NCBI GenBank assembly: GCA_038824035.1
Contig: JAWBBW010000019.1
Span: forward strand, 1 to 28,488
DNA length: 28,488 nucleotides
DNA from: Desulfurococcaceae archaeon
GTDB taxonomy: Archaea; Thermoproteota; Thermoprotei_A; Sulfolobales; Desulfurococcaceae
Reading direction: 5' to 3'
The translations under genes and the position numbers were made by a program. Below the pieces are notes generated by a model. The model worked only from the letters and a program-made list of their open reading frames with translations, searched no databases and had not been told where the DNA came from. Below, piece after piece: positions 1 through 9,090 of this stretch; within the stretch, counting starts at the first letter, position 1; each line of letters starts with the position of its first letter.

Positions 1-284
1 CCTTTTTCCAATAATAAGAGTCTTCTAAGTCTTATGAATCTACCTGTATGGGCAAGTAGTTTTTCAGCCCAGCTATTAACCTCAATGGTTTCAAAATCCC
101 CTGGTAATCCGAGAAGTTCAGCAACTCTTTTCAAAGCTTTAGATGAATTAGTTATATAGATTATTCTAAATCCCTTATTCCTCAGGATCTGGGCTATTTC
201 AAGGCTTACTCTCTCACCTCCCCCCGCTACGCTGAACAAATGTAGTATATAGGCATTCAATATATGAACACCGTTGTGATGCAT
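1..284 (-). CDS. Glycosyltransferase family 4 (GT-B), N-terminal part; runs off the window edge
   Basis: Not in the ORF track. Manual translation from ATG 284 (or TTG 260) gives MHHNGVHILNAYILHLFSVAGGGERVSLEIAQILRNKGFRIIYITNS..., open to the edge. GGxERV followed by 'LxxxGxxVxxIT' is the typical GT4 N-terminus. Confidence 0.8.
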   Translation of the reverse strand, partial: MHHNGVHILNAYILHLFSVAGGGERVSLEIAQILRNKGFRIIYITNSSKALKRVAELLGLPGDFETIEVNSWAEKLLAHTGRFIRLRRLLLLEK

Positions 285-342
285 TCACGTATTTCTCTCT
301 TCATTGAATGAAGCATAACTTTTAGATTAAATTAATTTTTTC

Positions 343-359
343 GATGGCTATTAGCCATC
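343..359. promoter_or_regulatory. Perfect inverted repeat GATGGCTA-T-TAGCCATC between the divergent glycosyltransferases
   Basis: 8-bp arms with a 1-nt centre, read directly. A regulatory function is inferred from position only. Confidence 0.45.
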
Positions 360-482
360 ATGCGATTAGACGAAACCCTTCTAGAAACCTAGATCACGAT
401 TTTTAACCTCACTCCAGAGTTTAATGTTTTTCAGATACATCAAGGCAATTCATCGATAACCTGCCAGGAGGTAGAGCCATTC

Positions 483-1433
483 ATGGTATCATTTATTGTT
501 TTAACTAGGAAGATTTTGGGTAGACGAGGGGTTTTTCTCCTTAGGAATGCCATATCGAGTTTCACATATCACACCGGTCTTTATGAATACGCGGATTCAA
601 CTACCAGACATATGGGTATTTCCGCGTTAATGTGCACTTATAACGAGGAGGACTGGATCGAACCATCGATCCTGTCCATCAAAGACCTAGTGGATGAATA
701 CGTTATAGTCGATTCTTCCAACGATAGAACACCCGATATAGTGAGAAGCGTTATTGAGGAACATGGGTTGAACATAAAGCTCATTAGAGTTCCTCCAGGC
801 GATCTTATTCAAGCTAGACTTATAGCTTTAAGAAATTCATCTTATAAGTGGCTAATGTCCATGGATGCCGACATGATACTTTATGAAAAAGGAATAAAGA
901 TCATCAGAGACCTTATTGAAGAATTAAATCCACGTAGACATTACCTAGTGTATTGGAAATACTTGTTGCTTTGCGGTGACTTATACCATGTTTGCGGGGA
1001 AAACCCATATCATGTTGAACACTGGTTATTCACATATTCGAGTAAATTGAAATATAAATACTTGGACTTTGGAAAAGGGGTATACATGGAGGCTTTGATC
1101 GCTCCTTTAACGCTTTATAAACCCATCTACATGGATGAGGTCCTTGGAGTCCATTTAACAAAAGTTAGATCACCAGTGAAATTGGCACTTAAGCACCTCA
1201 GGCTTGAATACCGAAAAACACTCTTAGAATACATCAAAGCAGGGCTCGATGCTGAGAAAGCATTATTGAAAATAGCCCACGATGTTTATGGAACAGAAAA
1301 TTTAGAAGAAATAGGCACGAGATTGATTAAGGGATCTGTAGACCGGTTACCTAGATACGACGAGTCCAAATATGGCCCTCTTCCCAAAGTTCTATTGGAT
1401 TATGTCAAGAAGAAGTACTCGAACTTCTCGTGA
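483..1433 (+). CDS. Glycosyltransferase family 2 (GT-A)
   Basis: ISALMCTYNEEDWI, IVDSSNDRT and the DxD motif (MDADM) are present. A GGAGGT RBS lies upstream of ATG 483. Confidence 0.9.
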   Translation: MVSFIVLTRKILGRRGVFLLRNAISSFTYHTGLYEYADSTTRHMGISALMCTYNEEDWIEPSILSIKDLVDEYVIVDSSNDRTPDIVRSVIEEHGLNIKLIRVPPGDLIQARLIALRNSSYKWLMSMDADMILYEKGIKIIRDLIEELNPRRHYLVYWKYLLLCGDLYHVCGENPYHVEHWLFTYSSKLKYKYLDFGKGVYMEALIAPLTLYKPIYMDEVLGVHLTKVRSPVKLALKHLRLEYRKTLLEYIKAGLDAEKALLKIAHDVYGTENLEEIGTRLIKGSVDRLPRYDESKYGPLPKVLLDYVKKKYSNFS

Positions 1434-1542
1434 AACATGTAAACAGTTTTTATTTCCACGAATAACTAGTTTAACTAAAATATTCAATATCGATACAGCT
1501 TGATCAAGTTTCAGTATTAAATGATATATTCCTGAGAAATAC

Positions 1543-1566
1543 TTCTCGCCCTGAAGGTGGCGAGAA
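1543..1566. repeat. Hairpin TTCTCGCC-N8-GGCGAGAA; possible degenerate IS200/IS605-family end or terminator
   Basis: 8-bp perfect stem read directly. The core GCCCTGAAGG resembles the GCCCTGAAGGGC-type subterminal hairpins I recall from archaeal tnpB elements. No transposase was recognised nearby. Confidence 0.35.
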
Positions 1567-2276
1567 ACCATTTAAGGTATATTCCCCCGAGTTTAAGTAA
1601 TTGGAGTTTAAATACCGTTCTATATAATTTACACAATGTCGTATCCTACTCTGCGTTGTTTGCAGAAGTTGTTATCCATATTGAGTTGAGTATTGTATAC
1701 AATGCTCTTAGATCCCTGTCCCTTGGCTACCTGTAATTACCGGGCTTAATACGTGGATATTGTTGATCACGATGTTCATGGATATGGATACGTTCAACGA
1801 GGACTATGTTCGCTTTGATCAATGTAGTTCCAAGCTGTGATGGTACCGGTTTTCGTGTTGATTTGTCGTGTGGAGGATTTGGTTTAAGATAGCCATAGAA
1901 AGGACTATGTGGGCTGTCATGGACTACATATGTTCTTCTCCCAGTTATTTCACTTTCATCTCTTGTGTAGCGGGGTCTTTAGCTAGAAGACTTTTTTGCT
2001 TAAAAGCCTCACTGATATGTTTAAGCGTGTATACAAACCGAGTTCATGTAGCGCCTGGATTCTCCAACATCATTTTCAAGGCATCGATGTTTCGATGAAT
2101 ATCTTGGATCATCAGGGCTCTCGTAAGGATGTCTTAACCGGTTTACGCAATATAGGGATTATTAACTGTTATGATCATAAGTCGACTGAATGAGTGCTCT
2201 ATTTTGATCAAACCACTAGTAGTGATCTATTGGTTATATTTATTTACCCCGATGTCGAATAAATACTGGTGTACAA

Positions 2277-3230
2277 ATGGCTAATAGACCTTCTCGTAAA
2301 AAGCATTCATATAGAAGGCTTGATCATTATCGTTGGTTAAGAAGCGATGGAATGCCTAATTTCAACGACAAAGTATTCTCCTATTTAGGTGAATTACATA
2401 TAATGGCCAAGCGCGATGTGAGATATGTTCATCCCTCAACCAGTGTCATGAAAGCAGTGGAAGAGATGGCACAGCATTATCGCAGTTTACTAGTCCTGTC
2501 TCCCTCTGGAAAGACATTAACCGGGGTTATCACGGCAATGGATGTGGTCAATTACATGGGGGGAGGTGAGTTGTTCATGATAATTGAGAAAAGACATGGA
2601 TATAGCATTTACTCTGCTTTAAACAACGAGGTCGTTGAAACCATTATGGAGAGAAACCCTGTATTCGCCTATGTCGATGAGGACTTGAAAAGCGCGTTGG
2701 CTAAAATGGTGATGCATGGTGTGGGCATATTGCCAGTGGTAGAGCGTGATGGAAGTGTTCATGGAATAATCACCGAACACGACCTTGTCTCATACCTGGT
2801 AGGTGTTGTCTCTCTCGGTTTAAAGGCCAGGGATTACATGTCAAAACCCGTGATCACGGTTGACAAGGATAGTTCTCTGAAAGAAGTAATGGAGACGATG
2901 GTCAAATACGGGTTTAGGAGATTACCTGTCGTAGAGGACAATGTGCTGGTTGGATTGATAACAGCGATCGATATAGTAAGATTATTCGGCAAACACGAAG
3001 TGTTTGAACATATGTCGAGTGACGATATACGCGACTTACTAGTACAACCGGTCCACAGATATATGGTCACAGATATCGTAGTGGCTATGCCCGAAGATGA
3101 TCTAGCCAAGGTGGTGCGTGAAATGTTTTCAAGAGACGTGAGCTCGGCGTTAATTATCGATGAGAATGGGGTGTTACAGGGGATAATAACGGAGAGGGAT
3201 ATATTATACGCGCTTCTAACACCGGTTTAA
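2277..3230 (+). CDS. CBS-domain protein (four CBS repeats, two Bateman modules)
   Basis: Repeated CBS motifs: GVITAMDVV, LPVVERDGSVHGIITEHDL, FRRLPVVEDNVLVGLITAIDI and GVLQGIITERDIL. Confidence 0.9.
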   Translation: MANRPSRKKHSYRRLDHYRWLRSDGMPNFNDKVFSYLGELHIMAKRDVRYVHPSTSVMKAVEEMAQHYRSLLVLSPSGKTLTGVITAMDVVNYMGGGELFMIIEKRHGYSIYSALNNEVVETIMERNPVFAYVDEDLKSALAKMVMHGVGILPVVERDGSVHGIITEHDLVSYLVGVVSLGLKARDYMSKPVITVDKDSSLKEVMETMVKYGFRRLPVVEDNVLVGLITAIDIVRLFGKHEVFEHMSSDDIRDLLVQPVHRYMVTDIVVAMPEDDLAKVVREMFSRDVSSALIIDENGVLQGIITERDILYALLTPV

Positions 3231-3268
3231 TAAGCTTTTTAGTCATTCCTTGAAATAAGGGTTGTTTA

Positions 3269-3787
3269 ATGAGGGATGATCCAAAGTTCATAGTGGATTC
3301 TATGCTGGGGTCTATGGCTAGATGGTTGAGGATCCTTGGCTACGACACCGTGTATAGTAAAGATGCTGAAGATTGGCAAATACTTGGAAAAGCTGAATCG
3401 GAGAACAGGGTCATAATCACGAGGGATAGGGGTCTACACAATAGAGCTTTGAAAAGGGGCTTGAAAAGCATATTGTTGTGGGAAGACGACATGGCCGATA
3501 GATTAGCACACATAGCCAGCGTGACTGGTATAAGGCTATATGTGGACCTTAATTACACTAGATGCCCAGAAGATAATAACTCATTGGTGAAGGTGGATAA
3601 GGAAAGAGTCAAAGGCCGTGTCCCGGAGACTGTCTATAGATATCATAGCGATTTCTGGGTCTGTGGGAAATGTGGCAAAGTCTATTGGATTGGGAGACAT
3701 TGGAGAATGATAGATAAAATACTCAGTGAAGCTAGGAAGAAAACAGAGAACTTGAAAAGACAAATAGGCATGGGGGTTCATGGTTGA
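3269..3787 (+). CDS. Mut7-C RNase (PIN-fold) domain protein with Zn ribbon (DUF82)
   Basis: [35 protein letters not shown] and [13 protein letters not shown] match the Mut7-C signature. Confidence 0.9.
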   Translation: MRDDPKFIVDSMLGSMARWLRILGYDTVYSKDAEDWQILGKAESENRVIITRDRGLHNRALKRGLKSILLWEDDMADRLAHIASVTGIRLYVDLNYTRCPEDNNSLVKVDKERVKGRVPETVYRYHSDFWVCGKCGKVYWIGRHWRMIDKILSEARKKTENLKRQIGMGVHG

Positions 3788-4452
3788 GGGCAATACATCC
3801 TTTGGAACTGAGCTTCGAGGAGGGTGTCTACCTGGTTAAACTAGCTAGGAAAGCCATAGAGGAGTATTTGAAAAACAAGAGAAAAATAAGACCCGATAAC
3901 ATACCAAGTGATAAACTACTAAGACCGGGCATGACGTTCACCACGATAGAGACAATGGGGAGAAATGGTAAAACAAGCCTGAGAGGCTGTATAGGCTTTC
4001 TCCAGCCAATATATAGCCTCCTTGATTCAACAATAGAGTCCGCGATAGAGGCAGCTGTAAACGACCCCAGATTCCCTCCAATGAAGGCTTGGGAACTAGA
4101 TCATGTGGTGATAGAGGTGACGGTTTTATCGGAACCTGTTGAATTAGTTGTTGATAACAGGTGGAATTTGGCAAGACACGTGGTGATCGGTAAACATGGT
4201 TTAGTGGCCGAGAAAGGGTGGTTCAAGGGGACTCTATTGCCCATTGTACCGGTTGAGTATTGCTGGGATGAGGAGACATTTCTATCAGAGACCTGTATTA
4301 AAGCTGGCTTAAGACCAGATTGTTGGCTAGATCCGGCAGTCAAAATCAGTGTATACGAGGGGAGAGTGTTCAGAGAGAAAGAACCACGCGGCGAGATATA
4401 TGAGAGAGATATGAGTGCTGAATACGTTAGGATTTGTGGAGGTGACAAGTGA
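3784..4452 (+). CDS. AMMECR1-domain protein (TIGR00296 / PH0010 family)
   Basis: Hallmark LRGCIG plus [22 protein letters not shown] and [11 protein letters not shown]. The TTG start overlaps the upstream stop by 4 nt. Confidence 0.93.
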   Translation: MRAIHPLELSFEEGVYLVKLARKAIEEYLKNKRKIRPDNIPSDKLLRPGMTFTTIETMGRNGKTSLRGCIGFLQPIYSLLDSTIESAIEAAVNDPRFPPMKAWELDHVVIEVTVLSEPVELVVDNRWNLARHVVIGKHGLVAEKGWFKGTLLPIVPVEYCWDEETFLSETCIKAGLRPDCWLDPAVKISVYEGRVFREKEPRGEIYERDMSAEYVRICGGDK

Positions 4453-5288
4453 TCTCAATGCGGAAGATCACTATTAAAGATGTGATCGATATTCCATATG
4501 ACGTTGTCGTGAAGAACATATGCAGCTTCGTGGAGGGAGTGATCAAGGAAACGAATCCCAGGAAAATAGTGATAGGGCTTAGCGGTGGCCTAGATTCATC
4601 TACATTACTGGCTACTCTTATACATAGAATGCCAGTGGACCTATTTGTGGCATTGATCATGCCGGACTCGAGGATCACTCCTAGGGAGGATGTGGAGGAC
4701 GCTATTGAACTGGCTGAGAGTTATGGGGTAGAATACCACGTGATTTACATAGACAACATAGTTGATTCATACAGAGTTGCGCCTTTTTATAACCAGGGCG
4801 ATAAGCTCCCGCTTGGGAATCTCCGGGCTAGGATCAGGATGAACCTATTGTATTATTATGCCAACAAGTACGCGGGCATGGTAGTTGGCACTAGTGATAG
4901 GAGTGAATTGCTACTGGGTTATTTCACTAAATATGGTGATGGAGCTAGCGATATAGCGCCACTTGGCTGTTTATATAAAACACAGGTAAGAGAGTTAGCC
5001 AGACGTCTCGGACTCCCAGAGAAAATTATTAACAAACCAAGTGCACCAAGGCTATGGGAAGATCACTTGGCTGAGGAAGAGCTAGGCTACAAGTACACCG
5101 AGATCGATGTAGCGCTTTATGCATTATTTGATCTCGGGTTAAGCGTTGAGAGGGCCGTTGAGATGACTGATCTACCGGTCGAGTTGTTTAAACGGGTAAT
5201 AGAATTGCATAGAAAGACAAGGCATAAAAGAAGGATCCCTTTGATACCTGGATTACCATGGCTTAGGGAGCCTATTCGCGAGATTTAA
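4449..5288 (+). CDS. nadE: NH3-dependent NAD+ synthetase
   Basis: [10 protein letters not shown]-loop, [24 protein letters not shown] and KPSAPRLW. No glutaminase domain. GTGA overlap with the upstream gene. Confidence 0.95.
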   Translation: MISMRKITIKDVIDIPYDVVVKNICSFVEGVIKETNPRKIVIGLSGGLDSSTLLATLIHRMPVDLFVALIMPDSRITPREDVEDAIELAESYGVEYHVIYIDNIVDSYRVAPFYNQGDKLPLGNLRARIRMNLLYYYANKYAGMVVGTSDRSELLLGYFTKYGDGASDIAPLGCLYKTQVRELARRLGLPEKIINKPSAPRLWEDHLAEEELGYKYTEIDVALYALFDLGLSVERAVEMTDLPVELFKRVIELHRKTRHKRRIPLIPGLPWLREPIREI

Positions 5289-5718
5289 CCACTATCTCTA
5301 CTTTAAATGGCTTGGTTTGTATTTCAAGACTACGCGCATATAAAACTACTTGTCTGTGTTCAAAAGATATGGATAATATGATAGGGCTATTATCGATATT
5401 TAACTCGACCTCGTCTGTTAAATAGTACTTATCACTTTGTTGAACAATGATGTTTTTCCTAGAAACAGTGATCTTGACGCGTTGTTCACCCCCGATATCC
5501 ATGGGGATGCCCTCTATTATGACGATATCGCTGTCAACGTGGATCCTGGGCTCTTCATTTATCAAGAACATGCCGCTGATCTCTCGTTTGGTTATCATTA
5601 CTTTGCCCTTTCCACTTATCCTCAAGAACACCTGGCTAGCTGGAAACATCTCGTTATCCAGCTCAACGAGATTTTCCCGTATAACTAGCCTTGGCATTTC
5701 ACACACCAGTTGTTTCAT
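5272..5718 (-). CDS. Hypothetical protein, beta-strand-rich
   Basis: 148-aa ORF with protein-like composition that fills the gap between nadE and DUF711. No family recognised. Confidence 0.7.
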   Translation of the reverse strand: MKQLVCEMPRLVIRENLVELDNEMFPASQVFLRISGKGKVMITKREISGMFLINEEPRIHVDSDIVIIEGIPMDIGGEQRVKITVSRKNIIVQQSDKYYLTDEVELNIDNSPIILSISFEHRQVVLYARSLEIQTKPFKVEIVVKSRE

Positions 5719-5772
5719 TAAATAACGAGGGCTAAAACACTTAATTCATAGACCAGTCTGTTAACAGGGCCT

Positions 5773-6849
5773 TCAATAATCAATTACGGTGATCTCCCCG
5801 AATTTACCGAGCTTAACTCTATCACCAGGTTTCTCGCCCACTGGTATAGCCCTGAACCCGGTTGGCTTTCTCTTTACAATGGCTATGGAGGCGGTGTCGG
5901 CGATCAACCTTGCAAGGGTTTCCACGTCTTCTGGCACAACAATCATGTCCACACCAGCTACGCATGTGGATGCGTAGAGTAGGAAATCCCGGGCTCGGAG
6001 TAACCCGCTTTCACCAAGTCGCATTAATTCTAAGTCCTCTGCATAGGGCAACATCACTTCATTAAAGCCTGTTTTTAAGCCCTGATCTACGTGTTTTTCT
6101 ATTAGATTATTAACTAGGTTCAATGTGTAATTGAAACCAGGCCTAGCCACATCTGCCCCAATCGCTCTAAACACCTTCACTACACTGTTTTCCATCCATG
6201 GGGATAAACTATAGTCTATATATGTATCCAGGCCCACTTCACCGCGGATCTCCAGTGCTAACCTATCAAACTCCCTAAAAAGGGTCTCAATAGCCCATTC
6301 AACTGACATGCCTTTCTCGAGTAGCTTTAACAATGCATTTGGATAAAGAAATGCCAGCCCAATAGCCCTCTCCCCCCTACTAGAGGAATCAGGGAAATAC
6401 GGTGTCAAAAACCCCGTTTCATGAAACCCTATGGATATCCTCGTGGCGGCCACGGGGTCTTGTGAACTGGCTTCATGGATTATATTTGAGTATCTTCTAG
6501 CTTTTATGATATCTAATGGGCCATTATGTAGAATAGGCGTGTAAACACCATTGAGAGCTGATTCAACAATATCCTTTTCATTGCCATTTTCTATGAAACC
6601 AGCACTTAGCAATACGTCTTCATCCAGATATTCGATCGCTTTAGAAACCGCCTTAAGTGAGCCAGGAGGTAAAGCAACTCTCTTGGTGAAAACCATGTAC
6701 CCTCTTTTCACTAGAAGTTCGTGTATTTCATCAATTACGTTCAAGCCATGCTCGATCTCATCTCGAATATCATCCAAGTCCTCGACTTTCCTCGTGAAAT
6801 ATGTGATCGCCCTTACAATAATGCTCAAGCCCTCCATGAGTCCACCCAT
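5773..6849 (-). CDS. DUF711 / UPF0210 family protein
   Basis: TPYFP, DYSLSP, GFNEVMLPYAED, TCVAGVDM and the C-terminal RAIPV...GDRV..G resemble DUF711. Confidence 0.8.
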   Translation of the reverse strand: MGGLMEGLSIIVRAITYFTRKVEDLDDIRDEIEHGLNVIDEIHELLVKRGYMVFTKRVALPPGSLKAVSKAIEYLDEDVLLSAGFIENGNEKDIVESALNGVYTPILHNGPLDIIKARRYSNIIHEASSQDPVAATRISIGFHETGFLTPYFPDSSSRGERAIGLAFLYPNALLKLLEKGMSVEWAIETLFREFDRLALEIRGEVGLDTYIDYSLSPWMENSVVKVFRAIGADVARPGFNYTLNLVNNLIEKHVDQGLKTGFNEVMLPYAEDLELMRLGESGLLRARDFLLYASTCVAGVDMIVVPEDVETLARLIADTASIAIVKRKPTGFRAIPVGEKPGDRVKLGKFGEITVIDY

Positions 6850-7060
6850 GCATGGAGATGTTGTTTCAATAAAATAAATGTGTTGTTTAATGAATTGAGC
6901 TGGTTTTTATAGATAAAACATCATCAACAACATGGGTATAGCCTATTAGATGCCTGGTGTGATAGGCCATATTTGAAAAAGATCATTATGAAGGCGTCAT
7001 AACTAGGAAGTAATTCAATAGGCTTAGAAAGGCTATCACTACCTAGTTGACAAACCAGCG

Positions 7061-7711
7061 TTATACACTTGTCGAGGGCTTCCCCCTTGTGCTTTGTAAT
7101 ATGTTATATATTATTACGAGTAACATCGCCGCGGTAAGCCCCCATAAAATAGGTGTGAGTATATGTGTCAATGCCTCCACGCTAATACCTCCTTGTTCGA
7201 GCGCGAAGATCATGACCACTATGTATAGGAGGATTCTTAGATACTCCGCTATGGGTGTTAACAACTGGGCTTCTGTTCTCAATTCCGAGCTACGGTATAT
7301 GTAGCCTATGAAAACATCTATTAGGATAAATCCAGGTATGATCACTATGAATGCTCTCACAAACCCCCCTATATAAATTGTTAAAATCTTGGCAGCGATA
7401 TCGGCTACGTCAATCCACTCTGCATATGCACATGCAAAGTATACACCAAGTACTATGAAAGTGACATATATGATCCACTCTATTAGTATGCCAAAAAACT
7501 CGCTTATGAATAAGCCAGTTCTCCTTATTGCTCTTCCAAAGCTAAATCTCCTTAACCATTCATCGGCCCCTATTTTATTGAGAACCTTGACAACCAGGGT
7601 TTTAATGGCCTTGCCTATGAACCATCCAAGTACCCATGTCAAGGCTAAGATACCTATGGAGGTCAGCACTTTCAAGGTTACTTGATATATATCTGTCAAA
7701 CACCGATACAC
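7061..7711 (-). CDS. Membrane protein with conserved TM_helix repeats (CmpX/MscS N-terminus-like); true start may be TTG 7699
   Basis: 'ILALTWVLGWFIGKAIKTLVVKVLNKIGADEWL' and 'YIVVMIFALEQGGI' resemble the TM_helix family. The MscS cytoplasmic beta domain is absent. Confidence 0.7.
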   Translation of the reverse strand: MYRCLTDIYQVTLKVLTSIGILALTWVLGWFIGKAIKTLVVKVLNKIGADEWLRRFSFGRAIRRTGLFISEFFGILIEWIIYVTFIVLGVYFACAYAEWIDVADIAAKILTIYIGGFVRAFIVIIPGFILIDVFIGYIYRSSELRTEAQLLTPIAEYLRILLYIVVMIFALEQGGISVEALTHILTPILWGLTAAMLLVIIYNILQSTRGKPSTSV

Positions 7712-7747
7712 CTAGTTACCGGCTTGAAAATAATATATCCCTGCTAT

Positions 7748-7781
7748 TTATTAAAAGGCTTTTATTATTAAAGGGCTTTTA
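7748..7781. promoter_or_regulatory. Tandem 17-bp repeat, each unit palindromic; candidate operator for the divergent mpgS and TM_helix genes
   Basis: TTATTAAAAGGCTTTTA (7748-7764) and TTATTAAAGGGCTTTTA (7765-7781) are 16/17 identical. The core TAAAAG-G-CTTTTA is a perfect inverted repeat. Confidence 0.6.
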
Positions 7782-7849
7782 CACAATATAATCTCAGAAT
7801 CTCATGTAAATCTCCATTAGCTCATAGCAGTCGATGTACCGGTGTCTTT

Positions 7850-9010
7850 ATGCAAATAAATTACCCATCTAGGTTCGAAGTATATGGTGCAGTTAAATTC
7901 TATGAGTTGATAAGGGTTTACTCATTGTTCGCCGTGGGGTATCAAAGATCCGGTTTCTACTCCTTACCCACATTCAGGGACTTAGAGGATATAGCCTCGA
8001 CAACGGCTATAGTGATCCCAGTGAGAGATGAGGATTTGTTCGCTCTGGAAGGGGTTTTAAGGGCTATTCCCATCTACTCCCCAGTGATCATAGTCTCTGC
8101 TTCCTCTAGATCTCCGATCAATATACACAACATGGAGATAGATATAGCCCGGTCTATTTACAAAACAACTGGTAGGACAATCGTGGTGATTCACCAAAAA
8201 GACCCGCTCCTTGGGGAGATCTTGGGGGAGAGCATACCCGATATATTGGATAATGACAACACTGTCAGATATGGTAAAGGTGAGGGATTACTACTCGGCA
8301 TACTCGTGGCGGATGGGTTAAGGGCCTCTAATATAGGGTTCATAGATGCTGATAATTATGTTCCAGGCGCCGTCCTAGAGTACACTATGATATATTACAC
8401 AGTCCTAGGGATGAGTGAGACCAGGTACAAGATGGTCAGGATTGCATGGGGTTATAAGGCCTGGGGTATTGGAGAGTTCTATTTGAGGAGATTAGGCAGG
8501 GCATCTGGGATCGTTAACACCGTTCTCAACAAGATTTTATCTTCTCGTAGGAATATTGAAACAGATATAGTGAAGACTAGTAATAGCGGGGAACACGCCA
8601 TGAGCATGGATTTAGCGAGAGAACTGGTATATGGGGGTGGCTATAGCGTTGAAACACAGGAATTGGTCACTATACTCGAGAACTGCTACATTGATATCTC
8701 CGAGGGGAATTGCCCATCTTTACCAGAGAACATAGAGATCTACCAGGTGGAGACACGAAATCCACATGTACATGCTGAGAAAGGAGAGAAACATATAGCT
8801 AACATGGTGGTGGATAGCCTTTCAGCCATATATTATTCAAAACTCGCTAATGATCGGAATAAAGAGTTAATTGTGAATGCTCTGAGAGAGCTGGGTTATG
8901 AAGGAGAGCCTACGCCTCCCAGGAGATATCGCTATCCCAGGTTACACGGCAAGAAAATCCTAGACACTCTGATAGGTGAGAGCAAATTAAGTGTTTCATT
9001 TGGGCTGTGA
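7850..9010 (+). CDS. mpgS: Mannosyl-3-phosphoglycerate synthase (GT55)
   Basis: AIVIPVRDE, LEGVLRAIP, IHQKDP, VRYGKGEG, GFIDADNYVPGAVLEY, MVRIAW, SGEHAM and ETRNPHVH match MpgS/MngA. Confidence 0.92.
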   Translation: MQINYPSRFEVYGAVKFYELIRVYSLFAVGYQRSGFYSLPTFRDLEDIASTTAIVIPVRDEDLFALEGVLRAIPIYSPVIIVSASSRSPINIHNMEIDIARSIYKTTGRTIVVIHQKDPLLGEILGESIPDILDNDNTVRYGKGEGLLLGILVADGLRASNIGFIDADNYVPGAVLEYTMIYYTVLGMSETRYKMVRIAWGYKAWGIGEFYLRRLGRASGIVNTVLNKILSSRRNIETDIVKTSNSGEHAMSMDLARELVYGGGYSVETQELVTILENCYIDISEGNCPSLPENIEIYQVETRNPHVHAEKGEKHIANMVVDSLSAIYYSKLANDRNKELIVNALRELGYEGEPTPPRRYRYPRLHGKKILDTLIGESKLSVSFGL

Positions 9011-9090
9011 CAACCGGGCTCATTCCTTATATACCTCCGAGGGTTGTTTTTAAACAACAGAGTGATGTTGATACATAGTGTGTGAACATC

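Noticed and set aside
1780-1830. Plus-strand 'MDTFNEDYV' as a TnpB RuvC-I remnant
   Set aside because: The resemblance is too short, and no other TnpB motifs (RuvC-II glutamate region, Zn finger) could be traced.
1868-2193. Plus-strand ORFs of 76 and 65 aa
   Set aside because: They overlap each other, have no recognisable motif and no clear RBS; probably chance ORFs in degenerate sequence.
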